Shown piece after piece: positions 14,732 through 28,500 of a stretch of 64,000 bases of DNA. Position 1 is the first letter of the stretch, and the number at the start of each line of letters is the position of its first letter. The position numbers were made by a program, and so were the translations under genes. The notes under the pieces are model-generated. The model was given only the letters and a program-made list of their open reading frames with translations. It was not told where the DNA came from and ran no database searches. Source of the stretch: Eledone cirrhosa (taxonomy: Eukaryota); assembly GCA_964016885.1 (NCBI GenBank), contig OZ024741.1, positions 379,192,001-379,256,000 on the forward strand, in the 5' to 3' direction.

Positions 14732-15869
14732 GGTACAGATACAAACATGCCTTTGTTAATAAATGTATCCGAATAAAAAAACACACATATAAATACGAGT
14801 ATTTCACTCTATGCACGTTGTAATATAATTACTATAATTACTATTTCTAGCTGCCGGTCGTTATTCGCTTACTACTTTATCTCCAGTGACTTTGTTATTG
14901 AATTCTTATCAATGTTAAAATGAATAAAAGGTAAATTGTACTGATATTGTTTAAGAAAATAATTATATGTACTTTTTTGGCTAATTAGCCTTTTATGTGA
15001 AATTTTCATTTAAACTGTCTGTATAAAACATATAGAGATCATTTTCCTCATTAGCTATTTCAACACAAACCATCTTAAGTAGATTTTATCTCTCTCAAAT
15101 TTCATTATTCAACGATATATTGTATTAGAATTTTTATTACGTTGAAACCTTCTTATTCCGCTCCCAAATTTCATAATCCTTTATTGCATTTCAAAATATA
15201 TCAGAAATTATATATATTCTCTTCAGCAAACATCGACAATAAGATCAACGTGATTCAAATAACAATGATTGCATATACTACTTGTTAAGACGAAGTTTAG
15301 TCAACACAGAATATATTTAGAAATATAATTATCAATTACAAAGAAGAGAATTTATTACAACACACAGGTCTTTTAGAAACCTAAGAGACAATTAGATATC
15401 TAGGGAAAAATTAGTGAACTGAGCCCGAACAATATAATTGAAGTCACTAGACTACGCTTGGTATCTCACCCGTCCATTCAAAGTTGACAAATCCTTCATA
15501 AAATATTCACTGTGGTGCTGATTCTATTTTAAATATATAATTACCCCTCACTGTGTAATATAAAGATAGAACTTTAGAGGCATTACAATGCATATATTAT
15601 CATAGGCTCGTGTTGTTGAGACGCAATTGAAGAATTTACATGTGAAATACATTCCATTCGTTATCAGCCAATTATTATATCAGAAATAGGAACTGCTAAA
15701 ACTTCATCCGTAATTGTTTGATATAATTAGTATGCAATTCACATAATGCTATGCTCTCCGTTAATATACATTTTATTCGCAAACATCTAACTTTCTTCTG
15801 AATGCAATACTTAATATTAATAACATATTTTCGCTTACACATTCACTTACATTCTGATTCCAAGGCCTC

Positions 15870-16510
15870 ACTGAATTGACTGTCAGTTTTGATAGTGAAC
15901 ATTTGCCAGAGAGTATGGAACACCATATATATTTATGGATGTTTCTGTGTTGAAAGGTGTTCATAATAAAGTGTCCATTGCCAGAACAGAAGTCTAGGAA
16001 GGCCTTTCCATTAGTATTTAGTTCAGTGTCACCATTCCTTCTAATCCCCTCTTTCCGTGTTAAGTGGTCAGTGCAAACATGAGCATTGAAGTGTCCCACC
16101 AGGACATATGAGTCAGACTTAAATATGTCTAACACTGCAGTGATTTCTTCAAGGAAGAACATGTTTTCGGACTCCTTGTTTGTTGCATAACAAGCACCAC
16201 TTACAGAAACTTATCATTCAGTTAAACATTCAAATGGCAGATCCTCCCTCCTAACTGGATCCCGTTCATAAGATATTCCGACAGCCGGGGGTTTGTAAAT
16301 GTCTCCACTCCTACCTGTTTACTAATTTCTGGTGCCAGACCTAAAAAGTGAAGTTTCCTTCCTCCATCGAATCCTACAGTATCAGATGCACGGGACTTTG
16401 TTGAGGAAATCCAGATTATATCTATCCGGTAAAATTCGCCTTACACTAGTTCCTGCTACATAAGTGTCAGGGTTGTGATGATCCAGGTTCTCACAGTTAA
16501 AGTTTCCTCA
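15870..16510 (-). pseudogene. RTE-clade LINE apurinic endonuclease domain, decayed
   Basis: LTVRTWIITTL..QELV..IDIIWISSTK; VLVGHFNAHV; NTNGKAFLDFC..N.HFIMNTFQHRNIHKYIW. Confidence 0.8.
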
Positions 16511-16567
16511 CTTCTGGACGCCCCTCGGGTCTCGGCATACTAAAAGAACCCCACCCAAATGGCAGGT

Positions 16568-17045
16568 ACAAGTCGACCTACAGGATCAAGTGGGAAGCAT
16601 TGCTGGATAGGAAAGTAAGGACAAGGGATGCAGATACTACTGCATACAGATTCTTAGAAATATTTGAGCAAATGAGGACATTGAGACAGAGTGGAGAATA
16701 TTCAGCACAGCAGTTTCTACTTCAGCTGTTAAATGCTGAGGGTGAAAGGGTCTCGTCGCAGCACCGGATGGCAGGAGTACCCCTTATTAAATCAAGAAGT
16801 AAAAATGCCATCCGATTAAAGAAGAGGGCTTACAGGGCTTGGTTTGGAAACATGTCATCCTTCTTGCACTTGCGATACAAACAGGCATGAAGAATCGCAG
16901 CATAGACAGCAAAGGTGTCCAAAGTTAAGATATGGAAGGTATTTGGTCTTAAGCTGGAATCCGACTTCAGATCACCAAATAAATTGTTAAGGAAGACTAC
17001 TCCCGGCTTCGTAAAAAATCCCTTGTCCACACACGCTATTAAAAA
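16568..17045 (+). pseudogene. RTE-clade LINE post-endonuclease linker, inverted relative to the APE part
   Basis: IKWEALLDRKVR; KNAIRLKKRAYRAW; SKVKIWKVFGLKLESDF..NKL. Confidence 0.6.
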
Positions 17046-19991
17046 ATTGCGACTGGGATTTTCCTCACTTCAGGGGGGTGCATCAACGCAAGGTAGAGAT
17101 ACTAATTTCCTATTCCCTATCCCCTACTGGGTGAAAGAGCAAACTATAGAGTAGATCCTGGATAGATTTTATTTATAATTGACATCTAACTCCCTTAAAT
17201 GCGGTATGTTTATCTATCTCTCCCAATCTTCATACATTCTGGTTTATATTGGAATTACCATATTAACACGAATGAACCAACTATATGCATGTCAAAATGT
17301 TCAATTCGCTTTAAATTATGGAGTCATATACTATCGAGAGTCTCCCATGACGATAATTATTATGATTGCTACTGCATATACCCTATGAGGACGTTAAAAC
17401 AGGGTAGGCTGTTTTGCACGTCTATCATGAATGTGTTGGCCTATTTCTGACATGCCTTACCCAAATTAGGATATCAGATTATACCACCCTAGAGGTTGCA
17501 GCACAGATTTCCCGACCATTCGCCTATATGTAATGTAGGTACCATGTGACCTTGCCCAGACTGATATAAACATGTTATATTAAATCATATAATTCCATTC
17601 GGCCTGATGTAGGAGACGTAGTAGACTAATACTTGGACTTCCCCCTGATATGTAATGATAATGACACTTAATGAAACGGGCAAGAATATTGGATTCCTGT
17701 TAATACTTATCCTTTCTTGACCCTTCCGTTGTTATGTTTTTATAGAGTGGGTATGTATTTTAAAATCATCTTAGCTTCATATTAACTAAATTTATTTTCA
17801 TTACAGAAACTGCCTCCTTTACCCAACGGAATTATGATAATAGAAATCTTGCTGAATTGATCTATCAATTGTATAAGCTATCCAACATAGCTTGCACAAC
17901 TGAGCTTTTTTATTATTTTCTAATAACTAAACTGCACACCATCTGGCAGGTTTAATTAATAAGATATACCTCAGGAACACTACTCAGTTGCCTCAGAGCT
18001 GCAAAACATCGGCTGTTTAGCCGGTGTACTTTATTTAGGTAGTAAAGCAGCCTTCACATCTAGTGTATTAAATAAATACTGTCGTAAATTTTTAAAATAT
18101 GGTAGTAGAAAATAGTAAAATGAATTACGAAATTACTTTTCATGGAGATGAAGGGTAAACTTTTAGTTTGCTTTTAAATTGCTTAAGAATTGTAATTATT
18201 TTCAGTTCAGTTAAATGGATTATATTAATTAGAACATTGTTTTCTTATATGTATATTCTATAAATATATTTGGAAACCATTTTAATGTATAAATCTATGT
18301 AATTCTGCAAAATAATTGGATAATTATAGATCTCTATTTTTATTTTTATTGTATTGCATTGTATTATATTATAAATAACAGTGATACATGTTAAGTGTAA
18401 TATAGAAAGCGTAATACTTGTGTTTTCCTGTTAGAGATATTTTGTATCAGGAAAACATATTTTTAAGCTAGGCGTTCGTAAGAAATTATAAAATGTATTT
18501 TACATTTTTATTATTAAATGTTTATATGCCTAAAATATAATTTACTAACTACTGTCCTCTTGCTTTCTCTCTAGTCAATATACAGGCATATATTCTCATG
18601 TAATATTACTTCTAATGTTTAATCACGCGTGGGTGAATGTATGAATGTACAGACGTACTACTATTTGATTTATTTTTTTTAATATCGCTTCTGCTGTGCT
18701 GTTGATTTTCCATGCGCATTTAATTTGCAATGTTTTGATAGGTATGGTATGAATCCCATATATGGTTTGGAGTTATATCTTAAAATTTCAAATAATGTCT
18801 AAATCCCTGCAAATATGTAGACTGATTGTAAGATTCTTCGTATATACCATGGTATGGCCCATCGCTCTAGATTGAAACATATGTAGAATTAACAATATGT
18901 TTTAAGTATAATTTGGTTCTTCTATCTCAATTCCTATATATGTAAGCTTTGCAGTCCGTAGCCTAACAGTCTACAACATAGTCTCCAACGTCTGGGAAAA
19001 TTGGCAACCGATTTTGAATTACTGCTGTATCAAGGAAACGTGACAACATCGTGTCTCCCTCATCACAACCAGGATATGGAAAAAACAAATATTCACTATA
19101 TTTATATATTTATATATATATATATATAAATATAAAGATTTACATATACATAAAGTCACAGATATATATGTGGCAACCGGTCACGTTGTGGCTCAATAAA
19201 GAATTAATAAATTAAAAAATCAGAGAAATAATTCATAAAACATGTCCTTAGAATCATTAGATAAAATATATACCATTTCCTCTCCCAATTAGCATAATTA
19301 ACCATATAAAAAATCAATTAGACCAGGCTATAAGAATAAAGGCTCCTATGAAGAAATATTTGATAAATGACCGAAAGCGGCCTCTTCGCGGTGACCCCAA
19401 TAGAGTATTTCAAATAGAACTGCGGTAACTATTAGTTGTCAACATCGAAGAGCTAATTCCTTCGCCAACAGAATATTGGACCCAAAATAGTCATCTATAC
19501 CCGCTTTTGCTTATAGCTAACAAGTTAAATAGTTATAGCTAACTTAGATAATTATAAGTTACCTAATTTACATTGTCTCTCACTTAAACTCATCAGAATT
19601 TCTTAACTTTAGACCACCTACAATTTCTAATTTCTCGAGGAGTTAATTCCCCTGAAACCACCCTCTAATTAGTAAGATAAGTATGTCCTTTGGCGGCCAT
19701 CTTGTTAACCATAGGCAGATTTCACATAATGCAGCCTCGACAGAAGAATATTGCTCGCCTATGGCAGACAATAGATATACCCAGGACACCATAGTGAAAT
19801 ACCAATATATGGAACATTACATTCATGTAACCATCTTTCTTTACCATAATTTATATTCTTTTTGAAGTTCCGATGAACTGCTCCAATTTCACCTAAGTTA
19901 ATTTTCTTCAACTTAACCAGGTCAATAATGATCTATAATCATTTGATCCAGAAGCATTATATGGAGTAGGGAATCAATTGTAAACGGACAA

Positions 19992-20079
<88 letters not shown>
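19992..20079. repeat. (TAA)n tract at the 3' end of the decayed R4-like element
   Basis: Perfect (att)n run. Confidence 0.95.
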
Positions 20080-20081
<2 letters not shown>

Positions 20082-23000
20082 AGTTGCATTTATCTTGCTT
20101 TATGTTCATACGAGTTATCACCAAGTCACAACCAGTGACCTCAAGAGACAACAAGTTCCGCCATGATCAAGAAAGAACATACATAAACACACATGCATCT
20201 TTAGTGTTTAGACATGTTATGTACTTATATTGACAGAATCTTCCTTAGTATATGGGCAGTTCCCATTAGTACTATCTTTTGTATTTCTCCTATACGCGGG
20301 TTTCCTGGGATTTGCGATAAGTAATCATCAGACCCCTTAGGTATCATTCCTAGACGCCTACAACCACTGGTATTGTTTTAGTTCTCAATTTCCACATTTT
20401 TCAAATTTCTATCTCCAGGTCCTTATACTTGCTGAATTTTTCAAATGTTTTTATAGATACATTCTTATCTATGGGAACGGACATATCAATTAGCAGACAT
20501 ACCCTCTTTTTAAAGTCCTTCAATATTATATCAGGTGTATTTGCATATATTTTTCGGTCTGTTTGGATGCTAAAGTTCCACAAGATTGAGATGTGATCTT
20601 TTTCAAGTATGGGAGGTGGTTGATGCTTCCACCAATTCTTTTGACGGGGCAGGCCAAAATGCTTACACATTATCCAATGTATGTATTGTGCAGCTCTGTC
20701 ATGCCTGTTTAGGTATTTGGTTGGAGCTATAGGACTGCACATTGAAATTATATGGTCAATGGTCTCTGGTTGTTTTTTGCATACACGGCATAATGGACTG
20801 CATCCATTTTTTATTATGTTGGCTTGGTAATTTTTTGTTGGCAGACACTGATATTGTGCTGATATAATCAGTCCTTCAGTCTCCGATTTCAGTCCAGAGG
20901 ATGCCATCCATTGATGGGTTAAAGTTTTGTCAACATCAGGATTGTTAGCTCGTTCTGGGTATTTTCCATACAGAGGCTTTTCTTGCCATTTCTTAGCCAG
21001 TTTCTGTAGCAGTTCTTTCTTTGCAGTTACTTTTACCTGCTTTGCTTTTTCTGTGTTTTCCATTTCAGCAGTAAATGGGACTTCTGAAATTTGTAGTCCA
21101 TTACTGTATCTTTGTGCATATTTTGTAATGGAATACGATCTTTTGGTGCTTTCGTGTTTCAAAACGAGTTTGATCATCCAATCATGTGATTCCCTTAGAT
21201 ATGTAGATAATCCAATTGTTGCAGTTTTCAACGCAATGTCTAACTGGATTAACCCACGACATCCTTCTTTCCTAGGGAGATATATTCTATCTGTATCTGC
21301 CTTAGGGTGATGCATTCTGTGCATGGTTAAGAATTTTCGAATTTTTGTATCGAGCCTACGGATCTCTGTGCTTGACCAGTTGATGACATTGTAAATGTAG
21401 GTTACTACTGGTATGGCAAGCGTGTTTATGGCATCGATCCTATTCCATGCATTCAATTCCGATCTTAAGATTGCTCTTACTCTGCGGAAACATTCCTTCC
21501 TTATCCTTTCCCTCATTGTCGAGTGCTTGATTCCGTCTCCTTCACAAACACCTAGATATTTGTAAGTTTTTTCTTGATCAAGTTCTCTTATCACGTTCCC
21601 CCGATCAAGATTAATGTCTGAACTCTTCAGCAGCTTTCCTGTGGTGAACGTTGCTTTGGCACATTTATCTAGTCCAAACTCCATTTTAATGTCATCACTG
21701 AACTGCTCCACAGTGGATAACAGCCCTTGCAATTGTTCATCATTTTTTGCAAATAGTTTCAGGTCATCCATGTAGAACAAGTGATTAATGGTTTAGTCAT
21801 AGACTCTATATCCCTGTTTTGTTTCATTGAGCATTTTACTTAAGGGTATAAGTGCGATGCAGAATAAAAGCGGTGATAAAGATTCACCCTGAAAAATTCC
21901 ACAATTAATATTATCTTCTCCAGCTTCCAGTGATTTTGTTTCACTATTCAAAAGGAGTGTCTTTTTCCATGTCATCATACTGAATGACAAAGACCTGACA
22001 ACGGGGGATATTTTCAAAATCTCTAAACATTTTTCAATCCAACTGTGTAGCAAACTATCGAATGCTTTTTTATAATCTATCCAAGCAATTGATAGATTTT
22101 TGTGTCTATTATGACAATCTTCCAGTATCATTTTGTTAACCAAATGCTGATTCTTACAGCCATATGAGCCTCGTTTACACCCTTTCTGCTCAATGGGAAA
22201 TAGATCATTTGTTATCAGGTGGTCATATGTGTATTCAGTGAGGACTGATGTTAACATTTTATACATTGTGGTCAAGCAAGTTATCGGTCTGTCATTTTGG
22301 GGATTGTTTGTCTCATCATTCTTCGGAAGCAGGAATGTAATGCCGTTAACTAGCCATGATGGTATCTTTTCTGGCTCCTTAACTATTTCATTGTAAAGTT
22401 GGGCTAACAGCTCATGAGACTCTGTGAAGGCATTTATCCAAAAGTTTTGTATTTTGTCTTTTCCTGGGGATCTCCATTTGCTGGTTTTTCTTAGAGCCAA
22501 GCGCAACTGTTCAACTGTTATAATTTCCCATATTTGTTCCTCAAGGTGAGCTGTATCTTTCATTTGTCTGTCTATCCATGGGGCATGTATGTTATGAACT
22601 TTTTCTTCGGCCCAGATCTTTTCCCAGAATTCTTGCACTTCCTCCTTGGGTGATATTGATTTAGCAGTTATTGTTGACTTACCAATTTTTCTGTAGAAGT
22701 TTCTTTGGTTGTTTTTGAACATATTATTGTCCTTATAGAATCTAGATCGTTTTTCAAAGCGCCTTATACGAGCAGCTTTGACCGACACTTTTTGCTTGAT
22801 TATTTCTATCAGCATGTCTATGTCACTTGTTGATATTATACTGTACTTTCTTTTCAATTTTCTAAGTTTAGTTTGTGTAACATATTCACCTACTTTATAG
22901 TTTGTTAAAATTTCTATGTCAGATCGGAGAAGGTGTATTTGGCGATTGATGTTCTCTTGCCAAGTAGATTTCTTGTGGGAATTCCTTTGTTTTTTCATCT

Positions 23001-24030
23001 TCACTCCACATAAGTGAGGGGTGACTTTAGCCGATGCATAATAGAGATGATTTAAATCAGTAATGTTTAGTTTCTTTGTGATGATAATGTTTTTGAGAAT
23101 TATGTTAGTCTTGTGTATTATCTTTTGGTTCTGTTTGGAGTTCTGGATCTTAGGGACGGTCTCTCGTTGCCCCATGTCAGATTCTTTCATTTTCATCCAT
23201 TCGATCATAATTTCATCCTTCAAGTTGGCAAGTTCATTCTCATTCATTTCTTTATCATTTACGATCTCATTATTTGCATTTGGAGTTTCAACTTGAGCAT
23301 GCAATCCCTCCACTTTTTTGATCCTTTCTTTAATTTGTTCTATGACAGTGATTCCGCCCCAACCCTGGGATTCAAAGTGTTACAATTTAGCTCGTTTTCA
23401 CTGACTCATGTTTCATTTTCCCTTCGCTGACTTTGTGCTAATAGCTTGATCTGATCAATTTCTATATCAGTTAGTAACTTTTTTTCTACAATATTTCTTC
23501 GTATATTGGCTAGTTTGTTACTGTCAATATAGCCTCTGTTTTCGGGATGTTTCTTTTTCCAGTTGATATATGTCTGTTCTGTATTCGATGTATTTGATGG
23601 GTAGTACATGGCAGTGTAGAAAGCCTCAAGGACTTCTTTATTATCTTCCCTTGACCATTTTTCTCTTTTTTTCTTTGGATTTTTTGGTGGTGACCATGGA
23701 GGGCCAACAGTAGGAGTATTCCGGTTATGGGAGGTCTCCAGCTCCTAAGTGATGGGAAGGTTTGAACCATTAGCTGATTTTTCGACCCCAGTCTGGTTCC
23801 TCTCTGAGGGACGCGGCCCTTTTTTACCCGGGTGACGGCCGATCCGGTATGAGATTTTATCATTAGACATTTACTTTATTTTGTCGCGTTTTATCCTTAT
23901 CCGCCAAGGGGTAATCATTTTCGTGTTACCACTTCTAGAACGAGTGTCAACCAAGACTAGAGGTGTCGTTCTCCCCTAGAGCCACGGCTATTCCCCGCCG
24001 GGCGCCATCCCGGTATTTCTTGGTCACGTG
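20080..24030 (-). mobile_element. Near full-length RLE non-LTR retrotransposon (R4/Dong-like), inactivated
   Basis: ORF pieces 23863-23406, 23313-21793 and 21780-20401 (the last two in frame, split by one TAA). Motifs: SPGKDKI, RPITCL, IDYKKAFDS, GIFQGESLSP, FYMDD, CRVC..ETIDHIISMC, RHD, TPDIIL..LIDMSVP. C-terminus GTAHILRKILSI* at about 20225. Confidence 0.92.
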
Positions 24031-25100
24031 GTTTTCTTTTTTGTTGTTTTTTTAAATTGTTATTATCATGAGTGCTTCCTTAATGTGAGCATTGCGTGGC
24101 TTAAGAATGAAATTATTAATAACAATAATTGTCTCCACCCCAGGCACAAGGCCAGCAATCACCCAGTGCATTACAATAATATAATATACTTTTTGCTGAA
24201 GTTGCCTGTTATTGTTGTTGGCTATGTCGGTGGTGGTGCTGGGGCTTTTTATATTGTTGGTGAGGAAGGGGGTAGCCAGCAGTGCCATATGTGTTGTTGA
24301 CGTTTGGCCGGTGGCCAGGTCACTAAGTCAATCTATTTATATCTTTTGCTAGCCTCTCCCTTGTCTAGTGATACCGCCACCTCCCCCTTTCTTAAGTTAA
24401 CAGGGGAATAGTGGTGGTAGCCATGAAGGAGTAGTGGCGGCGGTGATGGGGTAGTGGTGGCAATGATGGATGGAGTGCTGGCGGCGGTGGAGTTGTCGTT
24501 ACTGAGTTTTTTTTTTGTTTATATGTAGTATCTATGCGTTTGTGTCGCGTATGTTTAATATCTGTGTTGAATAGACTAGTTTTGTTTGATCTGTAGTATC
24601 TATGTGTTTGTGCCGCGTATGTTTAATATATGCGTTGAGATATTCCCGTAAAATTGGAATTAAACATTTTGTTAAAACTTCAGACAATAATAATAGTAAT
24701 TATTATTATGATGCTGGGATTGGTGGTGGTGGTGGTGAAAGTGCCGTTATCTGGCTGTTATATTTAGTGTACACAGCGGGGCGATGGGGTAGGTGGTGTA
24801 TCAAGTTTCTGGTGTTGGTGAAATTGCTGTTATTTGGCTGTTCTATATAGTGTAGACAGAGGGAGTTTTCTTCCATTTATAACCATTTTCTTTTTTGAAT
24901 ATAAAATATATAATACAAAATTGAATATTTGAGCGATATAACAATATATTATGGATCCGAAATTCTGTGAGACTTGATTCGGTGGTTTATGCATTATTTG
25001 TACCAAGAATTGTTATTTCACAATTGATTTAAATATGTTAAAAATCAAAAACTTACGAGAGCAATTTCATGACCTTCTACCACCACGTGCGTCTTATTCC

Positions 25101-25101
25101 C

Positions 25102-25167
<66 letters not shown>

Positions 25168-25180
25168 TTATTATTGTTGT
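25101..25180. repeat. (TAA)n tract
   Basis: (tta)n run flanking the 3' fragment of the R4-like element. Confidence 0.95.
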
Positions 25181-25543
25181 TATTCCTTGAATCTCAGTCA
25201 TTGATGTTGGTTAACTGGAAAGTCCGTTGGAATGAATATCAAGCCACTACCTGCAGCCTCAGATATTCAGGACGTATCGGAGGGTTCTTGCTGTTCCAAG
25301 CAAGCATGCCTTTTGAAGCGTTCAAAAAAGCGTGAAGGGGCCGATTTTCTTTAACCATCCCTGGAAACTTTTGGAGATAGTCCCCAGTGCGCCTATGACA
25401 ATCGAGATCACTTTGACTTCATGGCAGTTCCAAATCCTTTTCACCTCCCACTTTAGGTCCTGGTATCGGTTAATTTTCTCCCTCTCCTTCTCTTGCACTC
25501 TCGTGTCGAAAGGGCAGGCCACATCCACAATCAGACACGATCT
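25181..25543 (-). mobile_element. 5'-truncated 3'-end copy of the adjacent intact R4/Dong-like element
   Basis: Nearly identical to 25581-25945 (VDVACPFD...LRY..NI plus 3' UTR); bounded on both sides by (TAA)n. Confidence 0.92.
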
Positions 25544-25580
25544 TTATTATTATTATTATTATTATTATTATTGTTATTGT

Positions 25581-28500
25581 TATTCCTTGAATCTCAGTCA
25601 TTGATGTTGGTTAACTGGAAAGTCCGTTGGATTGAATATCAAGCCACTACCTGCAGCCTCAGCTATTCAGGACGTATCGGAGGGTTCTTGCCGTTCCAAG
25701 CAAGCATGCCTTTTGAAGCGTTCCAAAAAGCGTGAAGGGGCCGATTTTCTTTAACCATCCCTGGAAACCTTTGGAGATAGTCCCCAGTGCGCCTATGAAA
25801 ATCGGGATCACTTTGACTTCATGGCAGTTCCAAATCCTTTTCACCTCCCACTTTAGGTCCTGGTATCGGTTAATTTTCTCCCTCTCCTTCTCTTGCACTC
25901 TCGTGTCGAACGGGCAGGCCACATCCACAATCAGGCACGATCTTTTTTCTTTGTCCACAACCACCAGGTCAGGTCTATTGTGTTCCAGTTTTTTGTCCGT
26001 CTGTATCCTAAAATCCCACAGCACCTTCACCTGACTGTTCTCCATCACCGCCTCTGGCCTATGCTCATACCATTTCTCAGAATGTGGTAGATTGTTTACT
26101 TTGCACAAGTGCCAGTGGATCACCCTGCCCATCACATCGTGTCTCCAGCCCTTATAGTGGGTCTGGGCTAGGTGTTTACACTCGGACACAATGTGAGCCA
26201 CAGTCTCCTCTCTCTCTCCACAGATCCTGCACAGTGGGCTAGCCTCCTCCTTGTAGATATGGTGCTTCAACCACTTCGTTTTGAGGGCCTGCTCCTGCGC
26301 AGCCATTAGCATTCCTTCTGTAGCCTTTTTGAGGTCTCCTCTTCTCAACCAGTTCCATGTCTGTGGATCTCTAAATTCAGTTTTCTCAAAGAAGGTACTA
26401 TGAAGGGATTTTCCCTTAAGGCTGCTCTTCCTCCTTGATGTTATTTCCTCCTTGGATATCCCCTGGCCTACTGTCCCCTCCTTCAGTACAGCTCTGAGCA
26501 TTGGCTCCTTACTATAGGTCACGTATTTGTATAGGTTGTTTTTCTCCATCTGAACACAGTCCTCTATGCTGATAAGACCTCTTCCACCCTCAGATCTCCT
26601 TAGGTAGAGTCTATCGACATCACTCCTCTTGTGGAACATGTTGTAGATAGTCAATAGCTTCCTAGTCTTCCTATCCATTTCTTTTTGTTCAGCAACATTC
26701 CATCTCAGAATTCCCGCACTGTACCTAATAATAGACACAGCTCGGGAATTTACTGCGCTTATGGCATTTCTGCTGTTCAGATGTGACTTCAATACGCTCC
26801 TTACTCTCCGAATGTATTCAGTTCTTAACAATTCCTTCATTTTTTTGTTCTTTATGCCATCAGCCTCCAGAACGCCCAAATACTTGTATCCTTCCTCAGA
26901 GTCAATTTCCTTTATCATCTCACCTGTTGGTATCTGGATCCCGTTACTTCTGCTCAACCTACCCCTCCTCATCACAATGACTCCACATTTACCAATACCA
27001 AACTGCATACATATATCACTGCTGAAAATACGGACAGTGTCAACAAGCACATCCAACTCCTTCTCACTTTTCCCGAAGAGCTTAAGATCGTCCATGAAGA
27101 GGAGGTGATTGATGGTAAGCTCTCCCATTCCCAACTTGTATCCTGCTCTCACTTTTCGCAGCATAATGGTCAAGGGCATCAGGGCAAGGACAAACAACAG
27201 AGGGGACAGGCTATCTCCCTGGAAGATACCTCTCTTGATCTTCACGCTTCCCAAGGATACTCCAGTTGATGTCAACTCTGTCTCCCAGGACACCATACTC
27301 CTGCCCAGCAACTGTCTGATGTTATCTGCCACCCTGAAGATCTCCAGGCTTTTGGTGATCCAGGAATGAGGCACCATGTCAAATGCCTTTCTGTAGTCTA
27401 TCCATCCCATGGCAAGATCAGTGTGTCTCCTCCTGCAATTCCCCATTACCATCTTATCAATAAGCAACTGGTCCTTTGTACCACGTGACTTCTTTCGGCA
27501 TCCTTTCTGTTCGTCCGGCAACAAGTTGTTTGTGTGGAGGTGATGGTAGATTTCCTCAGACACAATGCTCGTCAACAGTTTCCACATTACGGGCAGACAT
27601 GTGATAGGTCTATAGTTGGTAACATCATTACCCTTGATTCGGTCTTTCATTATCAGAACTGTGGTACCTTTTGTCAACCACTCTGGCACCTCACCCGACA
27701 CCAAGCAGTCATTGAACATGGCCGTCAGCTTCGGGTGGAGGGATGTTAAATGTTTAATCCAATACCCCTGCACACCATCTGGGCCTGGTGATTTCCAGTT
27801 GGTTAGTTTTTTGGCTTGCCCCTTAAGAGTTTCAACTGTGATACTCAAATCAGTCTGTTGCTGTGCCTGCTCACCGATCTCCCTCTGTACTGTCTCAATC
27901 CACCCTGCCTGGGCATTGTGTCTAACATCCTGCTCCCATATTCCTCTCCAGAATGTTTTAGCTTGTTCCGCCCCAGGGATCAAGTCGTTGCCTCTTTCTT
28001 TCCCCTCAAGCTGTCCAAACAGCATCTTCTGGTTGTTGTCGAACATGCGGTTCTGTTTATACTGACTGACTCTGTTCTCGTATCGCCTGATTTTGGCACT
28101 CTTTGCTACAATGCGTTGCTTCAATTCCTCTATGATAATATTTAGCTTTTTACTCCTAGTTTTGTATTTTATTTCCAGTCTATTTTTAGTGCCTATGTTT
28201 TTTAGTGTCCCATTCAGTAGTGACTCAAGCTTTCCTATGTCATTTCTCATTTCCCCGATTTGCCCACTCAGTCGCTTCTTCCACCACGGCTCTGCTCTTT
28301 CTTGTCTGTTGTTTCCTCTCGCTTTTATACCAAGTAGTTTCCTCACCGTATTTGCTGTTGCTTTGAGGATATTGTTGCACTGGTGAAGACTCCTCGCCTC
28401 AAGGTATGGGATGACTTTGTTTACCTTAGCTGTTGTTTCTTTTAACTTTTTCCTGTCTACAAATCTTAGGTTCATAGGTCTCCCACTATCATTGTTCAAC

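Noticed and set aside
17806-17950. Possible exon after the acceptor-like ttttcattacag
   Set aside because: Short open frame with no recognisable protein similarity and a poor donor site.
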